Below, piece after piece: positions 38,853 through 52,450 of a stretch of DNA of 64,000 nt. Both the position numbers and the translations under genes were made by a program. The DNA comes from the human T2T-CHM13v2.0 reference genome, Homo sapiens: NCBI RefSeq assembly GCF_009914755.1, contig NC_060927.1; one strand, given 5' to 3'. Below the pieces are notes generated by a model. It had not been told where the DNA came from, did not search any database, and worked only from the letters and a program-made list of their open reading frames with translations. How positions within the stretch are numbered: the first letter of the stretch is position 1; each line of letters opens with the position of its first letter.

Positions 38853-39330
38853 TCCTTCATTCATTCATTTATCCTACTTTTGTTCATTCAATAAATATTC
38901 ATTTTCTACCTAGTAGAAGGCAGGCACTCTTTTAAGGATTGGGGATATGGAGATGATTAAGAGTTCTCCTCTTCAAGAAACACATTTTCTGATTGGGCAG
39001 ACAGAATTAAAAGTCATTATAATGCTAATAGAAGCACAAAGTGTTATGTGAACATTTAGAAAGAAGCAAATAGCTAGCTGGCAGGATTTAGAAAAGTTCC
39101 ATAGAGGAATTGACACTTAAACTAAGTCTTGAGGATAAGTGAGACTTCTCCAGGCAGAAAGAGGAGGGAGAGAGGGGATATTTCAACCAAGGAGACCAGC
39201 ATGGACAAAGGCACTGAACATGACAAAGCTTATTGTTTATGGAACTGTAAGGAATTCAGTGAGGCTGGCGCATGGGGTCTTTGTAAAGGCTGAAAATTCT
39301 GAAGGGCCTTGCAGACATTCTCTGGAGTTT
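38853..39330 (-). mobile_element. L2 fragment
   Basis: ttcattcattcatt...ttcattcaataaatatt...aggcact...ggggatat, then a purine-rich L2 body. Confidence 0.72.
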
Positions 39331-39687
39331 GGACATTATCCCATACATCAGGAACTGCAAACTCTTATGTCTACCTTGGGCCATGCATGGATGTACATGA
39401 CTAAAGCAGACCAAGTTAAGACTATAAGCAGTCGTGGGGCTGTGGCAATGTGAAGAATATATCCTCTGTCCAAATGGGATAGTAAATGCCATTGGTGCCT
39501 CCATTCTCCAAAGAAAAGCAGGAAATTTAGATGTATATGAAAAATTGAATATTAAATGTTGTCAACTTATCCATATTTTGAAGTACACTGTTAGTCCTTA
39601 AGCTAATTTTGACCTACAGACAAATTTTGTATAGCTTTTGCATGTATATTTCTACTGAAGGTCAAAGTGTTTATACCCATTGGAGAA

Positions 39688-40016
39688 TAGTAGCCACTCT
39701 TTATCTGCAAGTTATATGTTCCAAGATCCCCAGTGGATACCTGAAACTGTGGATAGTACTGAACTGTATGTATACTGTTTTGTCCTATACATGCATACCT
39801 GTGATGAAGTTTAATTTATAAATTAGGCAAAGTAAGATATTACTAACAATAGCTAATAATAAAATTGAATAGTTATGATACACTGTAATAAAAGAGACTA
39901 TGATCTCTCTCTTTCAAAGTTATCTTATTACACTGTACTCACCTATTTTCAGACTGCAATTGACCTCAGGTAACTGAAACTCCAGAAGAGAAACCTCAAA
40001 TAAAGGAAGACTATTG
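39688..40016 (+). mobile_element. MER44A (Tigger7-derived) DNA transposon
   Basis: gttccaagatccccagtggatacctgaaactgtggatagtactgaac...aagtttaatttataaattaggca...ctgtactcacctattttc...ggtaactgaaac; degenerate TIRs. Confidence 0.88.
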
Positions 40017-40544
40017 CCTGTTTTATCTCAACCTATCCCATAGCCATGTGCCTAAGGACTGTCTTGAGGATATTTAATTTTTGTCATTTTTTTAATTGAG
40101 TCCACTAATTACTTACTCTTCCTAGCTGCTCTCTTGCTTTCATGCCAGACTTGCTGCCACTCAATAGTCAGAAATATGCAGCAACACCCCACACTTTCCT
40201 ATAGCAATTATAATGTTAGAAATACTAGGTATCCTTTCATAACGCATGCTGACCATTTTCTTGTAGATTTGGTCCCATGGGTACATCCAGATTCTTAAAG
40301 TCATTCAATTCACTGGGCCATCAGGTCTTTAAGTTCTTGACAACTTGGCTGTACAGATTACAAATTTTATTCGATCTTCTTGACTGAAAGAAAGTCAACG
40401 TTCCTGGGTTGTTTTGTCTAACTTATAAACAATAACAATCATCCATTTTATGTGTTCTGTGAGTTTTGAATATGAAGGGGCAGCATGAGCAAATTATATT
40501 TTATGTGAACTTTGAAGTAAATAAATATATCTAGGCAAAGCCAC

Positions 40545-40700
40545 TTTAGGTGTCCAACTGTCTGGATTCTAATCCTGGTTCAATTAGTTGCTACCTATAT
40601 GACCTAGAGCAAATCTCCTAATTTCTTTATGCCTCAATTTCCTCATCCATGTTACAGGGATGCTAATAGTTAGTAGATGGGGTTAGTAGGTGCAGAGTGC
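40545..40700 (+). mobile_element. MIR
   Basis: ctggattctaatcctgg...tgacctagagcaaatc...gcctcaatttcctcatc. Confidence 0.75.
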
Positions 40701-42381
40701 TTCAGAATAGAAAAATGAATTTACTAGGATGTAAGTGGGATATAAGTACTTAACTCCTGGATGACATGATGTTGTGCTGGGGGTACACAAGCCAAAGAAG
40801 AATTATGGCTTCTATTTCTGGAATATTTATTTTTTACTTGAGGATTTTAGAAATTATTTTCTTATGAAAACAGTGACACATATAATGGAATTAACTGTAG
40901 CATTTTGCATGAATTTTAAAGAAAAACAAGAGTCTTTAAAGATCTTTCAGCTGCTTCGGATTTTGGGGGGAAGAATGGGAACTGCATTTTCTTCCTTTTG
41001 CTGCACTCTCTCCTTTATCAGGTTGGTGGAAATGCTTATGATTAGCAGACCATATACACTAGTTACATTAGTTACATTTGCCTCAAAACTGTGAAAGTAC
41101 CTCCTGTATTTATGTGCTATGAATGCTGCCCAAGTGCAGAATCTTTGCCATTTAAATGTTCAGATTTTAAACCAGAAATGTGTTGGGGTAAAGAAGAAAA
41201 TTATTAGAGCATGACCTTAGGGAAATCAAGTCACAAAAAAGAAAAGAGCTGAACTGAATTCTATTTCCCATTCTGTTACTAACCAGCTGGCTTATTAATG
41301 TCCATAAAGAGAGAGATTTTTGTCCTTTTCACTGATAATCCTCCACACCTTGAATAAATAGATAATGTTGAATGATCTTGGGAAAGACACTTTGTTAAAG
41401 TCTCAGTTTCCTCAGCTGCAAAACAAAGATGTGATCTTAAACTTAAACTTTATTGTGTATGGAATTAAATAGAGTTTTTGTTTAAAATGCAGGTTCTTTG
41501 AGTCCATGCCCAGAAATTCAGATTTGGTAGAACCAGATGCTATTCAGCAATCCACATGGATTTGGGGCTTGGGTTGTAAGGAGCAAAAATCCAACTTAAA
41601 AAGAAAGGTTTTATTTTTTATTTTGCTTCATTTTTTGTCCCCCCTCTCTTCCCCTCCCCGCACATAAATTGGAAAATACAATGCAAGGACTGCTTAAGGC
41701 ATAATTAGATCTAGCTGTTCAAATAATGTCACCAACCATCTTTTGGTTATGCTTTCTTCTCTTTTAACTTTATACTTAGTCTGGTTTTTCCTTTAAGGAG
41801 TTCATTTTTAAGAACTTCATTCTTAATCTGCCTTTTCTCCTAGCTTCCATTCTTCTGACATAGAAACCCCAGCACAAAGAGTATTCCTTTTTCTCAAATT
41901 TTCCAGCTAAAGAAACTACACCCAACTTGACTGTATTAGATTATGTCAGGTACCCGTACCTGCACTCATCACCATGGTCAGCACCTGTGATTCACACCTC
42001 AGCAGCCTTGAGTCAAATGCCCACCTTGGATTTGGGAGTACAGTCACTCAACTCAAACCATGTGGGCTTGGACGTGAAGGTGGGATGGTTCTCCAAGACA
42101 AATTGGAATTAATTTTTTTAGAAATAAGGAAAATGGGTGCTTTTTAGCCAAAACTATAGATCTCCTTCCACTACTGAGCATTTTTAAGACGTATTTAGAG
42201 ATGAATGATCCAAAAATGTTACAAAAATATAACCAGTATTCCAAGACATTGAGGCATTCAGCCCTCAATGTGACAAAGCAGGGGCTGAGAAGTACCTAAG
42301 ATGGTCACAGTCCCAGTGCCAGGTGCCTCACCTATTTACCTCAGTGTTTGGGGAAAATATTAAGTATTTTCCACGTGTTAT

Positions 42382-42754
42382 TGTATTAGTTTTCACACTG
42401 CCATAAAAACTACCTGAGACTGGGTAATTTATAAAGAACAGAGGTTTAATTGACTCACAGTTCCACATGGCTGGAGAGGCCTCAGGAAACTTACAGTCAT
42501 GGCAGAAGGCAAAGGGAAAGCAAGACATGTCTTACGTGGCAGCACGAGAGAGAGAGAGAGAGCAAGCGAGGAACTGCCATACACTTTTAAACCATCAGAT
42601 ATCATCAGATCTTGAGACAGCACTAGGGGGATGGTGCTAAACCATTAAAACCACCCCCATGATCCAGTCATCTCCCACCAGGTCCCACGTTCAACTTGTG
42701 GGGATTACAATTTGACATGAGATTTGGGTGGGGACACAGAGCAAAACCATATCA
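42382..42754 (-). mobile_element. MSTA solo LTR (MaLR)
   Basis: tgtattagt...ctgagactgggtaatttataaag...cactagggggatggtgctaaaccatt...gagatttgggtggggacacagagcaaaaccatatca; near-perfect 5-bp TSD gttat/gctat. Confidence 0.92.
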
Positions 42755-43419
42755 GCTATGAAGGTGATCTATGTGCAGGTGAACTGTGACTTGTGCTATG
42801 GGAATCAGTGGATTTTGAGAATCAGTCAAAATCATTATTGTTATGTTTGACATGACATTTTGAAGTCATCTCAGGCATACAATAATAGTACTACTCTAGG
42901 ATCTTCATGACATAACCTGGAAGTTGGTTGATGCAATTGAAAAGACAAAGCCCTAGTACAAAAAAAAATGGGACAAAGAAACAGGCAGGACCAGCAATTA
43001 AATCTTGCTTTGATTTGGTTATCAGTTTGTGTTTATTTAATAATCTTGGACAAATGTATTCATCTAATGAATACAGCCCCAGCCTGGATCCCAGCATGCC
43101 TGGTTCCAATTAATGTTTGAAACATAATGGATACATGCTATACAGATAATGAAAAGGGGTAAGCAGGCAACAGTGTGGAAGACAAAACTGAGTTGACTTA
43201 GTTATCAGATAGGTCTTAGGTGTATTACATGCGAGTTCATGGAAGTAAATTCGGATGAATGAATTATTAACCCCTATTTTTGTTAAGTGAAGAAGCTGCT
43301 ATCATTTCCTTAAGCTCATTAATACAATTAATAAAAATAAAATGTCTACCTCTTCATTTTAGTATTAAGTCATTAGTTTAGTTTCAGATGCTTTTCCATA
43401 CCCTTGCCCCACTGTTACC

Positions 43420-43703
43420 TTCACCAAAGTAATCCAATGTGCAGAGAAAAGTGTTTTCAACAAATAATGCTGGAATAAATAGATATCCACGTGGGAAAAC
43501 AAAACAACATTTATCCATATCATACCATACACAAAATTCATTTGCAATGGATTATAGATCCAAATGTAGAAGGTACAAGTATAAAGCTTTTATAGGGAAA
43601 CATAATGTAAATTGTAGATAGACAAAGATTTCTTAGATGAGCCATAGAAAACAATAACCATAAAATAAAAAATAGGTAAATTACATGTTAAAATGTAAAA
43701 CTT
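43420..43703 (+). mobile_element. Old L1 ORF2 fragment
   Basis: ttttcaacaaataatgctggaataaatagatatccac...cataccatacacaaaatt...aatggattatagatccaaatgta...gacaaagatttcttaga. Confidence 0.82.
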
Positions 43704-43816
43704 AGCATAATGGCATGTGCCTGTAGTCCCAGCTACCCAGGAGGCTGAGGCAGGAGGATCCCTTTAGCTCAGGAGTTCAAGTCAAGCCGGGGCATCATAG
43801 CAAGACTGCATTTCTA
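43704..43816 (+). mobile_element. FLAM / Alu monomer
   Basis: gcctgtagtcccagctacccaggaggctgaggcaggaggatc...ctcaggagttcaag...catagcaagac. Confidence 0.85.
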
Positions 43817-43937
43817 TGATTAATTAATTAAAAAGTTATGTTTAAAGAAAAGCAGAGTGAGGAGTGATATCTGGAAATTCCTTATTAAACAAACATTACT
43901 ACTAGAAGGATTTCCTCTCTTGTGCATTTAGTTCAAG

Positions 43938-44008
43938 TTTTTTGTTTGTTTTGTTTTGTTGTTTTTGAGACAGGGGCTCCACTCTATCACCCAGGCTGCA
44001 GTGCAGTG
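43938..44008 (-). mobile_element. Short Alu 3' fragment (AluJ-like)
   Basis: (TTTTG)n tail then gagacaggg...cactctatcacccaggctgcagtgcagtg. Confidence 0.8.
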
Positions 44009-44104
44009 ATAGAAGCTGACTCTGTGAGCTTAAGCAAAGCACATGGGGGATTTTCATGCAATCCAAAATCAGGGATGCAATGGAGCCTTAAGAATAGAAG
44101 AACT

Positions 44105-44515
<411 letters not shown>

Positions 44516-45458
44516 TCACACAGTGAATCATGGTTTCTAATTGTTCTTGAGCCATTTTCAGTCAGTCCACCCTGAGAAAGGACCATCTTCCTGTCTTTCA
44601 CAATTCTCAGGGAAGAGTCTGATTGGCCTGCTTGGGTCCAGTGACCACCCTTATTCCAATAAGCTGTGACCAGAGGCAGGATGATGTTTAAAGAAACATA
44701 GCATTTTCTTTCATCTCTTGTAATGTGGAGTGAAAAGAAATTGCATCACAGTTGAGATCCACTGTACATTTACTCTTCATTAGACATGAGACAGAGTTCA
44801 CAAAAATTTTGCATTTGGTCACAGTTTTTAATGGCAACAATTATTGTTGTGTTGGTTTTTTACTTTTTTGATTATCTAATATCGGCATCTCCTCTCTGCA
44901 TATCTATGTATTGACTAATACATATTAAGGGCCATAAACAAAGATGGTTCATTTTAGAAATGGGCACATTTGTTTATAAATTATTAGCCAAGATCTATTC
45001 AAATCCAGACATGATTTGTTCTAGTCTGGATATACAATAAAATTAATTTAAATAATTTTAATCAACTTCAAAAACAGCAAATTCCAAGACAATTAGGATA
45101 ACTTTAAGAACTCATATTTATTGAGTTAACAGATGGTAAATTAAAAAACAATGAAGCTAATTTTTAAAATCATTCATTGAATTAAAAAATAGACTTATTT
45201 AACAAAACTGTTTTTAAGCTGCTTTTTTATCCTAATATGCATGTTTTAAGATTCCAATTTGGGGGACTCTAGAAAGACGCAGAGTGAGTTTCAGTATATG
45301 AACACTCTTCTACTGAGTTACTTTTTAAAAGCTTCAGAATCATCTGAAAAAAAAACTATCAACAATAAAAATATAAGAAATAAGAATATTTCAGTTATTG
45401 GAAGGGATGGAGGGTTTGCTTCTTCAATTCCAGTTTGCTTGCTAACATGGTCCTATGG

Positions 45459-45800
45459 TGTATTAGTTTGTTTTCACACTGCTGATGAAGACATACCTGA
45501 GACTGGGCAATTTACAAAAGAAAGAGGTTTAATTGAACTTACAGTTCCATGTGGCTAGGGAAGCCTCACGATTATGGTAGAAGGCAAGGAAGAGCAAGTC
45601 ATGTCTTGCATGGATGGCAGCAGGCAAAGAGAGAGAACTTGTGCAGGGGAACTCCTCTTTTTTGTGAGACTTATTCACTATCAGGAGAACAGCATGGGAA
45701 AGACTTGCCCCAGTGATTCAATTCCCTCCTACCAGGTTCCTCCCACAACATGTGAAAATTCAAGATGAGATTTGGGTGGAGACACAGCCAAACCCTATCA
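45459..45800 (-). mobile_element. THE1 (THE1B-like) solo LTR
   Basis: tgtattagt...gctgatgaagacatacctgagactgggcaatttacaaaag...gatgagatttgggtggagacacagccaaaccctatca; perfect TSD TATGG. Confidence 0.94.
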
Positions 45801-46177
45801 TATGGTCTTCTGTATTTCTGACCTTGAAATATCTTGAGAGTTTCCTCTGCTAACAGAGTGAAAGTTGCTCCTGGCCAGAACTTTATTTCTGCATTTTAAT
45901 GGACAAACATAAAAAACTTCCCATCTGATGGCTTCTTGAGCCTAGTGCATGGGTGACTTGAAATATGCTAGCACCACACAGATATTTTTTCTTTGATCTT
46001 TTCTGTTTTCTCCTTTGTTTTCTAGTTGTAAGTGCCAGAAGCTGACTGTGAGCTTATAGGAAAAGGAGAATTTCATGGAAGCACACTGAAAGCATGGGTT
46101 CTTTTCCTTTTGGGTTCTCACTTGGTGGGGTCTCCTTGCAGCTTTTGGAGGTGGGGCAATTAACATCCCCCAGTACA

Positions 46178-47650
46178 TGAAGTGTACCAGAAACTGTGGT
46201 TGTTTTCAAATGAGAGTTCAATCACTTCTACTTCCTGAGGATTTTATAGATGAAGTTGGAGATAACACCATTGATACATTAGGATACATCATTTGCATTT
46301 TACCAGCTATTATTAGTTTTAACATGATGGCATATTTAGAACTAGAGTTATCCATGTAGAAATGAAGTTGTTCCATAAAAAAAATGGGAATACATTTGTT
46401 TGAATGGCTAGTTGCTCAATTACTGTTATAGTCTTTACCATGGGCAGTCACAAACTGTTGCAATTTATTTTATGGTCCTGGAAACTTCTTGTCTAAGATC
46501 TGATCTTATTTTACGTTGTAGGTATTCCATTACTTGATCAATAATGTTTAGAATTGTATATATTTGTTTTTGTAGACCAATTCATTAGTTGTAATTTGAG
46601 TTAGAAAACATTTAGAGATATAGAAACACATTTATTGTTGAGATTGTAGTAAAAATTATTTTATTGTTATGCATTTGAAACTCTTTGGCCCCTAGCCCCC
46701 TTTCCTCTGGAAATAATTGTTTTTATAATACCAATTTGATAATATGAATGTTCTTAGGAATGTAATTATAACAGTATAGTAGGAGAGACTATATTGTTTT
46801 TAATTAAACAAGAACAGGTGAAAATAAGAATAGATCATGACCAAATGAAAAAATGTACTAGAGAGATGTAACTTCTGTTTTGCAGAAATAGAAATCAAAG
46901 ATATAGAGGAAAAACTTCATAACTTCATAAACATCCAAGGAAATTAATAAGAGTTAAATGGATAAGAGGTAATTAGATGACAAATTATGGAGCTCTAATT
47001 TAGAATGTAAGCTACTTAATGGCAATAAACATCTTGTTGTTACCCAACCCCTAAGACATAGCTTAACATATAGCATAGCTTAACATATAGTATATACTAT
47101 TATTGTTAAATAAACATTATTTTCTTGAATTTATAAATAAAATAATGAGTGTTTTAAAAATAGAGCAGATGGATCAGAAGTAAAAACTTGTTATAATGTT
47201 ATAATAAAATAAAACTTTCCATATGTAACAACTACACTGACATTGTAGGATTTCTTTTGAGCAAAATTAAGGAATGCAAGGCATAAGTAAATAAATTTTT
47301 AAATTTCTGGGACGAAGAAAATTTCTTAAAGTACATGTGAAGGAAAAACATACACGCTTTTGTAGATTGCCTTCATCTTTCTTATATAGAACAAGAACTT
47401 TTTAAAGAACACAGGTAAATGTCCACATAATTTTAAGAGAAACAAGTTTGAAGTATACTAGAAACTCTGGTTGTTTCCGTATGAGAGTTCAATCACTTCT
47501 ACTTCCTGATATTTTACAAATGCAATTGGAGATAACACCAATGATGCACTAAGCTACAACATTTGCATTGTACCAGCTAGTATTAGTTTTAACACGATGG
47601 TATATTTGGAACTACAGCTATTTATGTAGAAATGGTGTTGTTCTATAAAA
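46178..47650 (+). repeat. Dispersed direct repeat, two ~200-bp copies (46178-46380 and 47449-47650)
   Basis: Hand alignment gives about 30 differences in 203 nt, including a 29-nt identical core atgagagttcaatcacttctacttcctga. Confidence 0.92.
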
Positions 47651-50600
47651 CGTTTTATGCCTACCCAATTATCAGCTTATACATAAAAGCAACAGAATAA
47701 CAAAATCTTCCAGGTATCAGAGAACATAACAACCGAATGTCTTTTCCTTAAAAATTGCAGGAAATATTGTCCAGATCACTGAGAGGTGAGGTAGTATAAA
47801 AACTCAAGAATAAGAAATTCCAATAAAAAAGATTAATACTAAGCATTGAAGGCAAAGACAAAATAAGTGAAATATAGTGAAATCAAAGTGAATTGGGAAT
47901 TGATGCTGATAGCTAGATATTTTTTACTAAGGGAGCAATGTTTTCAATAAAATAATCCTGGAGGGTTTTACATTTTTAAATAAAGCATCTATACCTAGTG
48001 ATCACAATATGGAAAGAGGACAGGAAGGAAATAAAAGCATTATAAGAAGCAGCATTTTTGCTTTATTTTCAAGTCATTAAATAAGAATGCATATAAAAGT
48101 ATAGTTGTAGACAATTTAATGTCGGCACTAGTAGAATTGAAAGCAGGATATCTATTTTCTAAATAATTATCAAAGATAAAAAAGCAAACATAGTCCATTC
48201 AAAAGACAAAATGAAAGGCAACAACAAGGAATTATTGAAGAGAAGAAAGTTTAAGTCCAATCAAGCTTAAAAAATATGACAAGTATAAATGGCTTAAATT
48301 TTCCTATTCAAATGGAAAGATCCTTATATTAAATTAAAATCAAAGTCTAATGGTTTGGTGGTGCTTAAAAAAGTCATACGTAAAGGAAAAGAACACAGAA
48401 TTATTTTTTAATGGCAAAGTTTTTTCCAGCCTAACATGTTCACATCCAAATCAAAAATACAATATGAATATCAAACAGGGCAGAATTTTTGGCAGAAAAA
48501 CTCCAAAACAGTAATCATGACAAAAGGGACTATTTTATACTTGTTAATAATGTCGTTCTACTGAAGGAATAATAGTACTGAAAGAGTATGCATTAAATAA
48601 CTACAAATAAAAAATAATTTATACATTCTGTTTTAAAAATACAGTATTACTTACCACAGCAAAATAATATATATACAAGCAGTACAAAAGTTTACAAATT
48701 TAGGAGCTATACAAGTGAAATACTTTGTATCAGTAGGTTAAATAAGAAATAAATTATTAATTTAATACATTTTTTGAAAGCAGAAGAGAAAATTTACTAT
48801 CTGTTCCTGAAAAAATGTTGAAAATAGAATAAAATATTTTATCTTAATTATTAATATCAAAATTAATTAAGAATTCTAAAAATGTACATATTTAAAACAG
48901 GATGGGATGAAAGTTGCTATAATGGTTTTGCCATAATAATATCATTTAATAGTATTTTTAAAACTCTGATCAATGTAATAAAACATACCAAGGAAAGAAA
49001 AGCTATATAGAATGAAAAAAGAGATACAACATTATGTATTGAAAAAATATTTTTATAGTTTAAAAACCCAAAGTAGTCAATGAAAACCTAAATAAAAATA
49101 ATTGGTAAAATATTAAAACATATAAACATTAACATAAATCAGCAGTATAAATGTAAGCAATCATTAACTCAAACATAAACTTTTAAAAGAGAGAACTATA
49201 AAAAACAAATTCACAGACTGGTTTCAAGTGTGAACGATAACATTTTTATATTGTTATTTCCCAAGTTTAATGGAAATGTAATAACAATCTCCCTTTCATT
49301 TTTTACTTTTTGAGGTAGTGGTGAGAGGAATTTGATTTTAGTGTAAATCTAGAAGAAAAAGTAGTCAAGAATAGCAAAGTTCAATTTTTAGAAAGAAGGA
49401 GTGACTAGTCTTATCAAATATTAAAATATATAATAAAGTTATAATAATTAAAACTATACTGGCACCAAAATAAATATATTAATGAGGCAAAACATGTGGG
49501 CAAATAAATTATATATAAAAATGAAATATTTGATAATGGCTGGACCACAGATTAAAGGAGAGGGAAAATGTTTTGCAATATATGGGCTAATGGAAAAAAA
49601 AAATCAGCTTTTACACTCATTATGTACATAAAATACATTATGCAAACTAAAACCTTAGGAAGTCTAACGAGACTTTATTTTATAGGCTTAAAACATTGTA
49701 ACAAAATTGCAAAGTGAACAGTAAAATAGATTTGATTATATTAAACACTTGATTAGTTAAAACAACAATGTAACAAGCAAAGGGTGGCCTATGTGCAATT
49801 GCAATTATTTGAACATAATAACAAAGAGTTGATATGATTTCACAAGAGCTCATACAAACTCATACTTAATCAATATATGAGATAAGAATGAAATCACATT
49901 TCATAAAATATGAAATATAACACATTTGCAAGCACATAAAAATCCAGCCTTAATAACAATCAAATGAATATACACTAAAACAAAAAAAAATGAGTTATGT
50001 TTAGGTTTAATCAACTATTTAAAATTGATGTCAAGGACTTACACTTTCAGCTGTTACATTTAGATCAGCTCATCCTATAAGGACAAGTAGAACAAATAGA
50101 AAAGTTGAATAAAATCTACCAAACGTTTGTTTAAAAGCACTGGAGAGCTCCACAGTGGAGAGAGCTTGAGAGCAGAGAATTTAAGAAAGATCCTAACTGC
50201 CTGTCAGAAACTAAAGTAAAACATCACTTAAAGAAGAGATGATCTTCCAGAGGTCTAAATTATCTCTACAATTTTTCATACACAATGTCTGGCATTCAAT
50301 AAAATTACCAGGCATACCAGAAGACAAGATAAAATGACTGAAAACAGAGCTAGAGGAGATCCAGATATAGGAGTAACAAATTTTAAAATATCTATGCTAT
50401 CTTTTAAAAATTATATGAGTAGATAGAAAATTTCAACAGACTACTATTAACTGTGATAAAGAATCAAATGGAAATTCCAGAACTGAAAAATTAACTGAAA
50501 TTAAAAACTCAATAGTTGGATATAAGAGCAGATTAGAAATTCTTGAAGAACAAACTTATGAGCAATAGAAATTTTGATGTTAATACCTAACAAAGTCAGA

Positions 50601-50820
50601 AAAGGTGTATTGGAAAATGGTTTCTCTCATGTAACTGGTGACATGTAAACCTATATACCACTTTTTGGAAATACTTTGATAATGTGAATTCACTATTTGA
50701 ACAAAAAAATTTATATCTTTTAACCCAGTAATCTTATCTCTGGGAATGTGCCATAGGAAATAAGTTTTTAAATCCACAGTGCCTCATGTATGAAGATATT
50801 CACTACAGACTTATGATAGT
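46750..50820 (+). mobile_element. Highly decayed old L1 remnants (L1M/L1ME-type), probably several nested pieces
   Basis: Strongly A-rich plus strand. ORF2-start-like gtataaatggcttaaattttcctatt (~48283), ORF2-like caagaatagcaaag...ttatcaaatattaaaatatataataaag (~49366-49440), ORF1-like aagaatcaaatggaaattccagaactgaaaaa (~50459). Confidence 0.62.
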
Positions 50821-50829
50821 AATAACTAT

Positions 50830-51040
50830 CTACAGACAATGTTTAAATACTTTATTTCAATTAATGCAGGTTAATCCTCACAACAATCTATGGTGCTAGT
50901 GAACATTACTATCCTCATTGTACAGATGAGAAAACTGAAACATTGAGAAGTCAAGTAACTTGCTCAAGATTATATAGCTAGTGCATAGAGGGGCAAAGAT
51001 TTGAACCAGATTGCCTGGTTCCACATGCACTTTAACCTGC
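50830..51040 (-). mobile_element. MIR
   Basis: ttaatcctcacaacaatc...atcctcattgtacagatgagaaaactga...aagtaacttgctcaag...gatttgaacc. Confidence 0.88.
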
Positions 51041-51331
51041 TTTATTTAGGCTTTTGAAAGCAACCTAAATAGCTAACATTGACTAAATAAGTGCAGTATA
51101 CCTGGTCTGTGTGACATTTTGCAGGTATTAAAAAGTGAACATTCTGAACCCTTTTAGCAATATGGCAAATACTTCTGATGTGATGTATGCATATAAATAT
51201 GATCGAAAGCAAATATCCCAAAAGGTTGATGGCAGTTATGTCAGGTTAGTAGCACAATAGTTTCTTTTCTCATTTTCTCACATTTTTAGTAATGTGTGTT
51301 GCCTATATTAAAAAACAAATATTAAAAAGTA

Positions 51332-51565
51332 GTAGCATGTATTAGATCAGAGCATGGGCTCAGACTGCCTGTGTCATCTCTTATTAGATGTATGACCAGG
51401 GACAAGTTATTGACCTTTTGTTTCTAAGTCTCTAAGTTTATCCTGTAAAATGAAGATAATTGTAGTAACTACCTAATAACATGATTGTAAGGATTAAATT
51501 ATTTAGAACACTATTTGTTACTTGGAAAATATGCAATCATAAGCTATTTTGTTGTTATTGTTATT
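51332..51565 (+). mobile_element. MIR
   Basis: agagcatgggctcagactgcctg...tgaccagggacaagtta...ctgtaaaatgaagataat...ttgtaaggattaaat. Confidence 0.8.
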
Positions 51566-52397
51566 TTACTACCAAAGCTTATTGTTTCAGAGCCCCTAGG
51601 TGACCAGGCAAAATGGCAGTTCCTTCCAGCTGGTCCTCAGATGGGCACATCTATTAGTAAGTTTCATTTCTGTATTTGGATCTTTATTCATCCTTATTAT
51701 GAATTCCCCAATACTGAGGTTTCTAGGAACCTACCTGCCATTGGCTGAAGGGTTGCTTCTGAATTCTTTCCCAGAGGCAGTGACAAAAATCAAACATCCG
51801 ATGTGTTCTTTACCTTTCAGTAAGCTCAGCCTCCCTGCTTGTGTCACATCTCTAAACATACGTACATGCGTGATTGAAACTGTCTATTGAAAGCAATATT
51901 ACATTAACATTATCAATACTGAATTAGAGAAAATATCTATCAATGTCACCAATTCCACCTGTCTCTTGATGTATGACTTTTTACCTGACAGGCTAAATAA
52001 CAATAGAAAGTTCTTTTTAAAAAATAGAAGAGTTGCTATGCAGGGACTTTTTTGGAATTAAGTGCCCCAGAGAACCTAGAAATGTGCTTTAAAACTTTTT
52101 GTTTCACCTGGCAGATCCAAAAAAAATTTGGAAGCTTTTGGTTGAATTCCCTCATTACTTGAAGTTGTTTTATGAAAATTGAATATATATATCTGTTAGG
52201 TTACCAAGACTTATGGTTAGCTATCTTAATGGCTAGTGATATAAGACCTTGTAACAAACCCTACCAATGGAACTGACAGGATTTTACCAGGGAGGATATT
52301 GCAGTACCTGTAAGAGGAAGGGATACAAATTGGCACTTCATACATTTGTGAGAACAATTGCCTTTAATGTGTCTATTTGGTTTTCATAATATTGCAG

Positions 52398-52450
52398 GCC
52401 TCTGCTCTTGTAAGAAGTTAGCTGCAGAACCCACATGTGAATCCTTGTAG
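52398..52450 (+). ncRNA. SATB1-AS1: Candidate internal exon of SATB1-AS1 (53 nt)
   Basis: Acceptor ttttcataatattgcag|G and consensus donor TAG|gtgagt bracket 53 nt of unique sequence. No transcript evidence available. Confidence 0.4.

Noticed and set aside
47057-47090. 17-bp tandem duplication (also a 14-bp one at 56340-56366)
   Set aside because: Ordinary slippage-type micro-duplications in repeat-rich intronic DNA.
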